64,000 nucleotides of DNA from Alistipes sp. (GTDB taxonomy: Bacteria > Bacillota > Clostridia > Oscillospirales > Ruminococcaceae): assembly GCA_023667265.1 (NCBI GenBank), contig JAMPAJ010000002.1, forward strand, positions 101,334-165,333, given 5' to 3'. Below the pieces are notes generated by a model, which saw only the letters and a program-made list of their open reading frames with translations, ran no database searches and was not told the DNA's origin. Shown here piece by piece: positions 27,490 through 39,400 of this stretch (positions within the stretch are counted from its first letter, which is position 1; each line of letters begins with the position of its first letter). The translations under genes were made by a program, and so were the position numbers.

Positions 27490-30363
27490 ATGCCAAAATA
27501 TACTGATGAACAGGTGGAACGCGCAAAAAATACCGACGTCCGCACGTTTCTTGAACAGACAGAGGGGTACACATTTCAGAGAAGCGGAAAATATCTGAAA
27601 TGCCAAAATCCCGAAAGAACCGGACAGCCGTCATCGCTTACGGTGGATACTAATATGAACCGCATATTTTACAATTCCGAAACAGGCAACCGTCCGCTTT
27701 CCGCTCTTGACTGGTGCAAGGAAATAAAAAAACTTGATTTTCAATCCTCAATGCAGCTTATTCTCGGCGAAAGTCCGCAAGGTGAAAGAACCGAAAAGCC
27801 AAAGTACCAACAGCACAGGTCAGAGCCTGTAAACTATGAACCCAAAAACCTTGAAATGTCCGAAAAAGCGGATACGTCAAAAAACGTATATGCCTATCTC
27901 ACCAAAACGCGAGGTATTCCCGAAAACATTGTCAAGGACTGCCTTAACAAAAATCTCATATATCAGGACGTAAGAAAAAACGCCGTATTTGTTGGGTATG
28001 ACGATGATAACAATGCCAAATATGCCGCAAGGCGAGGTACGTTCACGCCCGACGGAAAAGAGCCTTTCAAGCGCGACTGCACAGGCAGCGACAAAAATTT
28101 TGCTTTCAGGTTAGAGGGCAAAAATGCCGACACGATTTATGTTGCGGAAGCGGCTATCGACGCGCTTAGCCTTGCCGCTTTGGAGGATAAATTTCACGGC
28201 AGCGGAGCGTATAAGGAAAAGACCTACATATCAACAGGCGGCGCAGGAATTGACAGCGCAATCGAACAATTCTGCAAGACCCACGACGTTAAAACAATCA
28301 ACATCTGCTTTGACAATGACGAAGCCGGAAAGAACGGAATGGAAAAAATAATGCAGAAATTCCGTGAAAAAGGCTATGAAGTAAATGATATGAGGGCAAG
28401 TTTGGCGCATGACTATAACGATGAGCTGCTTGCTTTCAATCAAAATCCGCAGTTTTATCCCGAACCGCCTTTGACGGTAGCAAAAAATATCGGCGCGGAG
28501 AAAACGGAGAATATTCAGCTGCCCGAAATGCCAGAAAACTATCCCGAACCGCCGATAAACGAGAATAATATTCCTCCCGAAGATTATTATGCGGATTATG
28601 ACGAAGCGGATATACCTCCGGAGGATTATTACAGCGGATATGAGCAGTTTGAAGAAATACCGCCCATGCCCGAACCTAAAAAAGAAGAAAGGATTGATAC
28701 TATGCCCGAAATTACCATAACGGAGAATGTACAGCAGGAAGAAAAAGAACCTAAAGAGGTTGAACAGCCTGTTATGGAAGAAATACAGCCTGTTCCCGAA
28801 CAGCCGCAGACAAGGATTTTTGAAATGGCTGAAAACGCTGACAGTCAGAAAAAAGACAATATTATTCTTCCGAAAAAAGAAGCAGAACCTCCGCAGACAG
28901 AAAATGTTTCCGTTCCCTCACCGCAGGAGCATAAAGAAGAATTCACCGAAAAACAGCTTGAAAACCTTGATACAGAGGGCAAAATGAATTTTCTGCTTGC
29001 TTCAATGAAAGAACGTCAGGAGAATAAACGCGCGGAGCTGCTTGACAAAATTGACAGGATAGACGGCAAAATTGCCGACCGACAGAAGCAGATAGACAAG
29101 CTGAACAGCAAAATTGCGGATATTGAAACTTCCTTGAAAACCTCGGCTGCCTTTAAACGCGCTTTTGGCAATACTCTTGTCGGCAAACTTATTGACAGCA
29201 GTATCGAAAGAAAGCAAGCCAAAATTCAGAAAATCCGTGAAGTAAAAATCCCGAAGCAGAAAGAAAAACTTGACAGGCAGACCAACAAAAAGGCTAAGTC
29301 CGTTAAACGGCTCGGCAAAGTAAACAGGAAAATTGACAAAATCGACAAAGTACAGCAGTTTTTATCAGCTATCGGCAGCGATGACAAAGAGGAGCGGCAC
29401 AAAGGCTTTGTGACAGGTCTTGAAAATCTTTCAGATATTCGCCGTGAAAGTCTTGAAAACAAGCTGCATAAGACTGAAACAAAGATTGATATGCTTTCGG
29501 CTAAATACAGTTCTCCCGATATTTCTCATACGGAACGTTATGAAATCGGTAAAAATATACGCTCCCTCAGAGCTAAGTCGGACGTTCTTGCTGTCAAAAT
29601 CGAAAGTATAAACAAGCTGCACAGCGATTTGGACGATATAAAGAACGGAAAACTTACCGAAGCTGAAATTGAAACGGTTGTCAATAAAACAGCCGATAAA
29701 ATTTCCGAACGTCTTGAAAATTCCGAAAATCAGGGGGAAAAGGGAGTTGTAAATGCCGTTATTGCTAACTCCGTTGAAGCGGGCAGTGAAGCTATAAACG
29801 AGGTTACGGCAGAAAAGGCAATCGAACAAGCTGAAAAATCCAAACCGTCTATCGAACGTGAGCGCACTCCCGAAGAAAGAGAGCCTGACGTGAACAAGAC
29901 AAAGGAGCTTGATATTCTGACAATGGCAGCGGTCATAACAGGAGTTAATATTTCTGAACTTAACAGACTTCCTGCCGAGATAAAGGCGGATATTATTGCT
30001 GAATTTCAGGAGAATAACGGCAATATTTCATCGGAACAGCTTGCGGAGAGAATATGCGAAATTGCCGATATTGAGCCGCGCGAAACGGTAAAGCCGTCAG
30101 AACCCGAAATAAAGCCGCAGGAAAACAAGGAAAAGGAAAATCATTTGCGTGAACTGGAGGAAATGACAGAATTGAATTATAACCACATTGACGGAATAAT
30201 CAATAATCTGCCGCCGGAAAAACCAAAGGAAATTGAGACGGAAAAAGACGAACCGCTTTTCTCGCGTTCAAAAATTATGGGCGATGATTTTAAGCCGACT
30301 TCCGAAAAATCGCAGGAAGATAAGGAAAAGAGCAAAAACAAAAATAACCACATAGGACTGTAA
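27490..30363 (+). CDS. Primase-like protein: DUF3991 plus toprim domain, coiled coil and DUF4316-like tail
   Basis: YAYLTKTRGI, NAVFVGYD, YVAEAAIDALS, ICFDNDEAG, DYND; C-terminal ELNYNHIDGIINN. Confidence 0.8.
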   Translation: MPKYTDEQVERAKNTDVRTFLEQTEGYTFQRSGKYLKCQNPERTGQPSSLTVDTNMNRIFYNSETGNRPLSALDWCKEIKKLDFQSSMQLILGESPQGERTEKPKYQQHRSEPVNYEPKNLEMSEKADTSKNVYAYLTKTRGIPENIVKDCLNKNLIYQDVRKNAVFVGYDDDNNAKYAARRGTFTPDGKEPFKRDCTGSDKNFAFRLEGKNADTIYVAEAAIDALSLAALEDKFHGSGAYKEKTYISTGGAGIDSAIEQFCKTHDVKTINICFDNDEAGKNGMEKIMQKFREKGYEVNDMRASLAHDYNDELLAFNQNPQFYPEPPLTVAKNIGAEKTENIQLPEMPENYPEPPINENNIPPEDYYADYDEADIPPEDYYSGYEQFEEIPPMPEPKKEERIDTMPEITITENVQQEEKEPKEVEQPVMEEIQPVPEQPQTRIFEMAENADSQKKDNIILPKKEAEPPQTENVSVPSPQEHKEEFTEKQLENLDTEGKMNFLLASMKERQENKRAELLDKIDRIDGKIADRQKQIDKLNSKIADIETSLKTSAAFKRAFGNTLVGKLIDSSIERKQAKIQKIREVKIPKQKEKLDRQTNKKAKSVKRLGKVNRKIDKIDKVQQFLSAIGSDDKEERHKGFVTGLENLSDIRRESLENKLHKTETKIDMLSAKYSSPDISHTERYEIGKNIRSLRAKSDVLAVKIESINKLHSDLDDIKNGKLTEAEIETVVNKTADKISERLENSENQGEKGVVNAVIANSVEAGSEAINEVTAEKAIEQAEKSKPSIERERTPEEREPDVNKTKELDILTMAAVITGVNISELNRLPAEIKADIIAEFQENNGNISSEQLAERICEIADIEPRETVKPSEPEIKPQENKEKENHLRELEEMTELNYNHIDGIINNLPPEKPKEIETEKDEPLFSRSKIMGDDFKPTSEKSQEDKEKSKNKNNHIGL

Positions 30364-30410
30364 CAAAACTTGTGCAAAGTGCCGAAATATAAAGTCAAGG
30401 TAAAAAAACC

Positions 30411-30439
30411 TTGACTTTAGCACTTTAATGTGGTACAAT
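30411..30439 (+). promoter_or_regulatory. sigma-A-type promoter of the giant helicase gene, with the -35 inside a hairpin
   Basis: TTGACT-17 bp-TACAAT with TG; inverted repeat TAAAGTCAAGG/CCTTGACTTTA at 30390-30419. Confidence 0.65.
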
Positions 30440-30450
30440 GAAATGGAGGA

Positions 30451-33400
30451 ATGGAAATGCCAAACAACAAGGTCAGTGAAGCACAGGCAATTTATATCGG
30501 TGAAATACGGCGAGTTCAGGAGACTGCCGAAAAGTGGAGAGATTTTCTTGATTTTGCGGCACAGGCGCAGATAAGTGAAAATCAGAGTGAATTTGAATTT
30601 TCCTCAAAGCTGATTATTCACGCGCGTAATCCAAATGCCAAAGACTGCCGCCCGTTCGGTGAATGGAAAACAGAGGACGGAAATCACGTCAGCCGGCTTG
30701 AAAGGGGAATACCCGTATTATCCCGTGACAGCAGAGGAAATCAGTCTGTAACGTATCTTTTCGATACAAGTCAGACAGCGTTAAAAAAAGAGCCTGAACG
30801 TATTGAAATCCCCGAAGAAATGAGGGAAAATCTTAAATCTGCTCTAAGCGGAATAATTAAAGATTTTTCGGACAATACTTCACTTTCCGACGTACAGAAG
30901 CGCATTTTTGCTGAAACTGCCGAATACAAGCTGTGCAAACAGTACGGACTTGAAACGGCAGAAAATCCCGAAAGATTTTCAGGTATTGAAAAGCTGTCAG
31001 TAAAAGAAATTGCAAACATCGGTGTAGCTCTTAACAGGTGCAGTAATTCTTTTGCTGAAACGGTAAAAAACGAAAGGAGTAATTTCAATGAGCGAGGTAA
31101 CAACAGTCAATCAAGAGATGATAGGACAGAATTATACGGACAGGAACGGCGTGGAGTGGATTTGGGACAAGGAGTATCGGGAACACGTGATGAAGTACGT
31201 TTACGACGAGAACATGAACGAATGGAGCAAACTCAACGAGGAGAACATGACATACGAACCGCTGATAGAAATTCCGCAGCCGAAGCCGACAGCGGCAATG
31301 GGCAAGTACGGCAGTATGAGACTGAAATTCATATGGCAGACCCCGTGCCTGTTGGAGATACTTCTCACGGACAATCAGGTGAAGCACTGCGAGGAAATGA
31401 ACGAGAAAGTTCTGAACCTGATAGAGAACATAGTGGAGAAGAAAAAGCAGTCGGAGGAATACAAGGCGATAGAGGAAACGGGGAAATTCCTGCCGAAAGT
31501 GCAGATACTGGAGAGGTACAGAGCAGAAGCGGAGGAGGAAATACTTCCCGTGACGGTTTACGCGATATAACGGAGGAAACGGCAGAGCCTGAAAAGGTTT
31601 CTGCCGTTTCTGTTTCCGAAAATGAACAGTCAGACCCTTTTGAAAACTTCAAACGTTCCAAAGACGGAGATATTATCTTAGGCAACACTACTTTCAGATA
31701 TATTCCCGAAAAGACCTATACCCAAATTGACAAGGATATAGCTGTCGAGGTTTCGGAACAGCTTGAGAAGCAAGGCATAAAATTTTCGGGAGTTATAAAG
31801 GGAGACACGGCAACAATTACCGTGAGCAAGCCGCAGAAAGAAACGCTTGACAGGATTATTGCGGATATTTCTTCTCCCAACAAAGATATTGCTGCCGAAG
31901 AAAGCATTGACACTCCCGAATTGACAGATAAGGAAAAGGCTTTTTTGGACGGAGAAACAGCTCCGCTTATGGCTAAAGATGTGCTTGCTTGGGACGAAAT
32001 AGAAGATATTGGCTACCGTTTGTACGAAAAAGGATATATCGACCGTCACGCTCCGAGCGAAAAGGCAATATACGGAAACGGTCTGAATGAACCCGTGCTT
32101 TACGATATGGCTAAGCGTATGCAAAACGGCGAGGATATTGGCAAAGAACTGTCTTTAGCTCTGCTCGGAAATCAGCGCACGTTTGACATAAACATTTTTG
32201 ACGAATTTAATGTTGAATACGGCAGTGACTTTATTACAGCCAAATTCGGCAATGCTGAAAAACAGGTAAGCTATGAGGAACTGGAAAATGCTTTTTTCAA
32301 ATTGTTCAAAGATGAGTATGATGATATTGTTCACGGCAGAACGGTTGAGGATTTGAGAGATATTTTTCCCGATATTACGGGCGAAACCGCCGATAACCTT
32401 ATCAATGCCTTTGACGGTGCAATTATGCACGGCTGGCAGGATAACGAGGTTGTTCAGCGTAAAATCAAAAAGGCTTTGTATAATATTCTCGGTGATAAGG
32501 AAAATACCGAAAAGGCTTTTTCTTCTATTGCAGATATGAAATATAACGTAAAAATAAGCAATATCGGCTTTTTCTCTCTCGGCAACGGTGTGACTGTCTG
32601 CGATACTTCCCGTATGGATAAGGAAACAAACGATTATGTTAAGGTGGCTCACATTTCGCCGGAGGGCGTACTTACTATGTACGATAATTCCGTCTCCCAA
32701 CAGGATATGGCAAGTATCAGGCAGCAAGTCAATACTGTGCGTGATGAATTTGTGCGGAACTGGAACTCAATGTCGAGGACGCAGCAGTTTGAAATGCTTC
32801 TTGACAGAGCCGATATTACCACACAGGTCAATATTTCCAAAGACAGTATCTCTATGGAAGAAAAAATTGAAAAATATATGCCCTATGTATTTTTCAAAAA
32901 AGGCGAAAGACCCGAACCGCAGACGGCAGAGCAGAATAATATCAAAAATATTGAATTTATTGGTGAAAGAGATAGCTTTGAAGCCGTAAAAGCAGCGGCT
33001 CGAACTCAATCCTTTGGTACTACCGTGACTGACGGCAACAGGCTTTCTATCGTTATGTATGATAATGCCGATGTTGACGAGGTAAGAAAACTCTTAGAAA
33101 CTGCACAAGAAAACAATGTTTTTGAAACTGTTGAAACCGCTAAAATGCTTGAAGATAAATTCGGAGCAGTTTTTTCATATAATTCTCAAAACAATCCCAC
33201 TGTTGCCGATTTATCGGCAGGAGATGTAATTCTCTATGAGGGCAAGCGAAGAGAAGTTGAAAAAATAAGCGAAAACAGCATAAGTCTGAAAGATTTGGAC
33301 GCGCCCGATTTCGGAGGTATTTTGCTCGGTACAAGTGACGTACTTGCGTATAAGGGCTGGCAGGAGGATATGAACGAAAAGGGTTTTGAAATTCTTTCCA

Positions 33401-36400
33401 AAGCCAAAACTTACTCCGAAATCACAAGGGATATGTACCAAACAGAAAATCCCGATATATTTACCGTTAAGGGCAAAGGCAGCTTTGCAAAAATTGATAT
33501 TACGGTCAATGCGGAGCTGTGGGAAAGGCTTGCCGAAAAGGGACTTGTACGGAACGAGAACAGTGTTGACAGGGTAATTTTCAATATTGATAACAAGGAA
33601 TGGAACAAACTTGTAATTCCCGATAAATGGGGAAATATGACCAACAATATCAATATCGAGGACGTTTTTACCAGTGAGGAATTGCAGACAGCTAAATCTG
33701 TTGCGGATTTTGTTATCGGAAATGAGGATATTCAGCAAGTGCTTGACAATTTCAATGAGGATATAACTCCTGTTGAAAATAATACGTCATTTTCGGAGGA
33801 AATAAGCGGCAGTAACGGCACTGTCAAATATAAGGTAACGGAAAACGCTGACGAGCAGTACAAATATAATGTGCAGATATTCACTCAGGGGGAGAACGGC
33901 GAATTTTATTACAGCGGCTTAGGTCGCTTCTGCGAAACGCTTGATGAAGCTCACGCTTTTATTGAAAATGATATTGCAGAGCGTACTGCCGCAAAGGATA
34001 GGCAACATTCCGATAAGGACGAAATCACCGGAAACGATGAATATAACATTTCACAGGGACAGATGTCACTGTTTGATGATATTCCGGATATAGAGGAAAT
34101 TCCCAATGAAAGAAACTATCAGGTTGTTACTTATTCTCGTGATTTGGGTGCAGATGACAAAAAGATTTTTTCAACATTGGACGAAGCCGTTGAAAGCGGC
34201 AGAGGATATTTGTATGACAAGGAACACGAGGGTTATTATTCGGGCATTGCCATTCTTAACACAAAAGAACAAAAGGTTGAATATTATGAGGGTGATTTCC
34301 CGTTAGAGGGTATTTTCAGCGAACAGGTATACCAAAACAGCGGTAATTGGCAGAGAGCCGAGCCAATTCCAAACTTACTGTTTGACAAGTTTGATGAGCA
34401 TTACAACGAAATGTATAAAAATCACGATGAAGTCAACGGTTATGACGAAGCGGTCGCTGTCGGTGACAAATTTATTAGGGAAAATCCCGATATTATGGAA
34501 AGAATAGCAAATTCCAGAAATGATGTTATTACCAGTGACCGTGAAGCAGCAGCTCTCGCATTTGCACTTGCCGACGTGGGTATGATTGACAAATTTGTTG
34601 AACCTGAACAGTCTAAACAACAGAAAGTTCAGCAGAATTTAGTTACATCGGTGCATACTGAACAATCGCCGTTAAATCCGGAACGTGTCACGGTGACACA
34701 CTCCGAAGCTGCAAAAGTGCCTGACATTGATGTTGAAAAGCCGGAAGAAAAGAAAACCAATAACCTTTTCCGCATAACAGACGAGCATTTGGGCGAGGGC
34801 GGCAAAAAGGAAAAATTCAGGAATAACATTGAAGCTATAAAAACGCTGCAAATCCTTGAAGCCGAAGAACGCGCCGCAACTCCCGAAGAACAGGAAACAC
34901 TGTCCAAATATATCGGCTGGGGCGGTTTGCAGGAAGCGTTTGACAATTCTCTCTCCGCTTGGGATACGGAATACCGCGAACTTAAAAATCTTCTTTCCGA
35001 GGAAGAATACGAAGCCGCACGGTCTACCGTAAACGACGCGTTTTACACTTCTCCGGTCATAACACAGGCAATTTATGAGGGACTTGCGAACATCGGATTT
35101 AACGGCGGAGAAGTCCTTGAGCCGTCAATGGGTGTGGGAAACTTTTTCGGAACTATGCCCGATAAAATGCGTGAAAACAGCAATCTGTCGGGAATTGAAA
35201 TCGACAGCATTTCGGGACGTATCGCCAAAAAGCTCTATCCCGAAGCGGATATTGCCATAAACGGCTATGAAAATATAAAGCTGACCAAAGGCTCTTTTGA
35301 CTTGGCTGTGGGCAACGTTCCGTTCGGAAATCACGGTGTAAACGACAAAACAAAGGCATACAAAGGACTTCTGATACACGACTACTTCTTTGCCAAATCC
35401 CTTGACAGCGTTCGTTCGGGCGGTATTGTTGCTTTTGTAACGTCAACGGGTACGCTCGATAAAGACGATACGAAAGTCCGTCAAATGCTTGCACAGAAAG
35501 CGGAGCTTTTGGGCGCGGTCAGACTGCCTAACAATGCTTTTCAGAAAAACGCAGGAACACAGACGGCAACCGATATTATCTTTCTGAAAAAGCGTGAAAA
35601 ACCGCTTAATATCAGCGAAATGCCTATGGATAAATCCTGTGAATGGGTGCATACAAAGGAAAACGCCGACGGTCTGAAAATAAACAGCTATTTTGCCGAC
35701 AATCCCGAAATGGTTTTAGGCGAACTTTCCGACAAGGGACGTTTCGGCAGTATAATATGCACTCCCGTTCAGGGCGCAGACCTTAAAGAACAGCTTCACG
35801 AAGCTATGAAAAATATCAAGGGAGAATACGTTCCCCTTGAATTTCAGCAGGAGCTTGACGAACGTGCGGAAAATAACTATCTGACCGCAACTCCCGATAT
35901 TGAAAATCTGACCTATACTGTTGTGGACGATAAGCTGTATTTCCGTGTTGACGATAACCTTATTCCGCTGAAAGAAAGCGAACAGCACGGAGTGACCGCA
36001 GACCGCCGCAAAGGTTTGTGCGATTTGGGTTTAACCGTCAGGGAGCTTTTGAAAGCGCAAGTCGAGGACAGACCCGACAAGGAAATAAAGCTGCTGCAAG
36101 CGGAGCTTAACGTTAAGTATGATAAATTCGTTCAGAAATTCGGACGGATAAATCCCACGGAAACGCCAAACTCAAGAAATGCAAGCGGAGTTACAAGAAA
36201 AGCTCCCAACAGCAACGTTTTCAAAAACGACGTAAGGCTGCCGCTTTTGCAGTCCCTTGAAAAAATGAAAGAGGGGCAGTTTGTAGGCAAAACAGAGATA
36301 TTCACCGAAAGAACCATACGTCCCCGTAAGGTAGCGGAACACGTTGAAACCGCTCACGAAGCATTGATTTTGTCAATATCCGAAAAGGGAAAAATTGACT

Positions 36401-39400
36401 TTGATTATATGCAGGACTTGACAGGCTTTGAGAAAGAAAAAATAGTTTCCGATTTGCACGGTGACATATACCCTGTTCCCGAACTTTCCACGGAAGATAA
36501 TACCGTATATCAGACAAGCGATGAGTATTTATCGGGAAATATCTATAAAAAAATAGCTATGGCGGAAGCAAAAATATCGGAAAATCCTGCCTATGCGGAA
36601 AATGTGGCGGCTCTGACGGAAGTAATACCGAAACCGCTGAAAGCCACGGAAATAGATATGCAGCTCGGTATGACTTGGATTGACACGAAAATCATTCAGC
36701 AGTTTATGTATGAAACTTTTGAAACTCCGCAGCGTTTCAAGGAATATGACGGAGATGTTCCGCAGGAAAATCCCTCCGCTATAACCGTTCACTATTCGGG
36801 CGCAGGAAAAGGCTCTTGGAAAGTTGAAAACGCATGTCTTGACAATTCCGTGAAGTCTACGAAAAATTTCGGTACAAAGGATTTGAACGCTTATGAACTG
36901 CTTGAAAAAATCCTTAACGCTAAATCGGTCGCGGTAACGCAAACCGTAAGAGATGAGGAGGGCAGACAAAAGACCGTAATTCTTGAAAAGCAGACAAAGG
37001 CAGCGGAGGATAAAGTCAAGCAGATAAACGCCGCTTTCAAAAAATGGATTTTTGCAGACCCCGAAAGGCGCAATGAGCTTGTAAAGACGTACAATGAAAA
37101 ATTCAACGGCATACGTCCCCGTGAATACGACGGCAGCAATCTTAATTTCTTCGGTTCAAATCCCGAAATAACGCTGAAACCGCATCAGAAAAATGCTGTG
37201 GCGCACGCGCTTTTCGGCGGCAATACGCTGTTCGCACATCAGGTCGGCGCAGGAAAAACCTTTGAGATGATAGCCACGGCAATGGAGGGAAAACGTCTCG
37301 GACTGCACAATAAGAGTATGTTTGTCGTTCCAAATCATCTGACGGAACAGATAGGCTCTGACTTTATGAAGCTGTACCCTAACGCTAATATTCTTGTGGC
37401 AAAGCCGGACGATTTTTCTCCGCAGAAGCGCAGACAGATGTGCGCAAGAATTGCAACGGGAAATTTCGACGCGGTAATTATAGGACATTCACAGCTTATA
37501 AAAATTCCGCTTTCCGCGAAGCGTGAAGAAGAATTTATACGCAAGCAGATAAACGAGGTTGTATCAGCTCTTGAAGCTGCCGAGGAAACCGACAGCAAAA
37601 GCTACACGGTAAAGCAGCTCGAAGCAACAAGAAAAAATCTCCGTGAACGTCTTGAAAAGCTGACCAACGGCACGGTCAAGGACAATGCGGTCACATTCGA
37701 GGAGCTTGGTGTGGATAAGCTGTTTGTAGACGAGGCTCACGAGTTTAAAAACCTCTATGTTTCCACAAAAATGGAGAACGTTTCGGGACTTTCCACTAAT
37801 GCCGACGTTCAGAAAACGCAGGATTTGTATATGAAATGTCAGTATCTTGACGAAAAAACAGGCAGCAAAGGTATTGTTTTCAGTACGGGAACGCCTGTGA
37901 CCAACGCTCTCTCGGAAATGTACACCACAATGAAATATTTGCAGTCCGATTTGCTGAAAGAAACAGGTCTTGACAGTTTCGATGCGTGGGCAGGAAATTT
38001 TACAAGAAAATCCACCGAAGCGGAAATCTCGCCCAGCGGCAGCGACTGGAGAATGAAAACACGTTTGAAATTCACCAACGTTCCCGAACTTGTCACTATG
38101 TTCAAAGAATGCGCCGATGTGAAAATGGCAGACCAACTCAATCTCGATGTGCCTGAATGCGAAAAGCACATTGTTTCGGTTGAGCCGACAGAAGCGCAAA
38201 AATCAGTTGTACAGTCCCTTGCGGTAAGAGCTGAAGCTATCAGCAAGGGAGAGGTTTCAAGAACAGAGGATAATATGCTTGTTGTAACAGGTGACGGAAG
38301 AAAGCTCGGTCTTGACCAACGGCTTTATGACCTTAATCTGCCCGACGAACCGCAGACAAAGTTAAACGCTTGTATTCAGAACGTTTTTGACATATGGGAA
38401 AATACGTCCGAAAAGAAGTCAACGCAGCTTGTTTTCTGTGATTTGGGTGTGCCGCAGTCCAAAGAAGATTTGAAAAAGAACGGAGAACGGTTTGACGTTT
38501 ATTCCGATATTCGTTCAAAGCTGATAGAAAAAGGCATACCCGAAAAGGAAATAGCCTTTATCCACGAAGCCAACAGCGAAACGGAAAAGGCGAAACTGTT
38601 TGCAAAAGTCCGCAGCGGAGACGTTCGTGTGCTTATCGGTTCAACGCAGAAAATGGGCGCAGGAACTAATGTGCAGGACAAACTTGTCGCACTTCACGAC
38701 CTTGACTGCCCTTGGAGACCCGCCGACCTAACGCAGCGTTTGGGACGTATGGTTAGACAGGGCAACGAAAACAAGAAAGTAGACAATTTCAGATATGTTA
38801 CCAAAGGCACGTTCGACGCATATCTGTACCAAATGGTAGAAAAAAAACAGGAAAGCATTTCGCAGATTTTCACGTCAAAGGCTATTGCGCGAACCTGTGA
38901 CGATATTGACGATATGGCGGTTGACCTTATGCAAGTCAAAATGGCTGCCGTGGGAGACGACCGTATCAGGCGGCAAATGGAGCTTAGAGAGGATATTCGC
39001 AGTCTGAATATGCTGAAAAATACATATCTTGAAAATAAATACGAAATTGAGGACAACATAAAAAGGCTGCCGTCCAAAATTGCCAACACGGAAAAAATAA
39101 TCGAGGGAATTGCCGCCGACACCAAAACGGTAAAAGGATATGTTCCCAAAAAGGATATTGACGGTCAGGAAGTTTTTGAAATGAAAGTCGGAAACACCTT
39201 GTACGTTGATAAAAAAGAAGCGGCGGAAGCTCTCAAAGCTGCTATGACAAGTGCTGTTATGGGAAATCCGAAAGCGCAAACGGATATAGCCGAATACAAA
39301 GGCTTCAAAATAGCCGTTTCCTATGACGGCTTCGCAAAATCTTACAAAGGACATCTTAAAGGCGAAAACATTTATTCCTTTGATTTTGGCAGCAGCGAAA

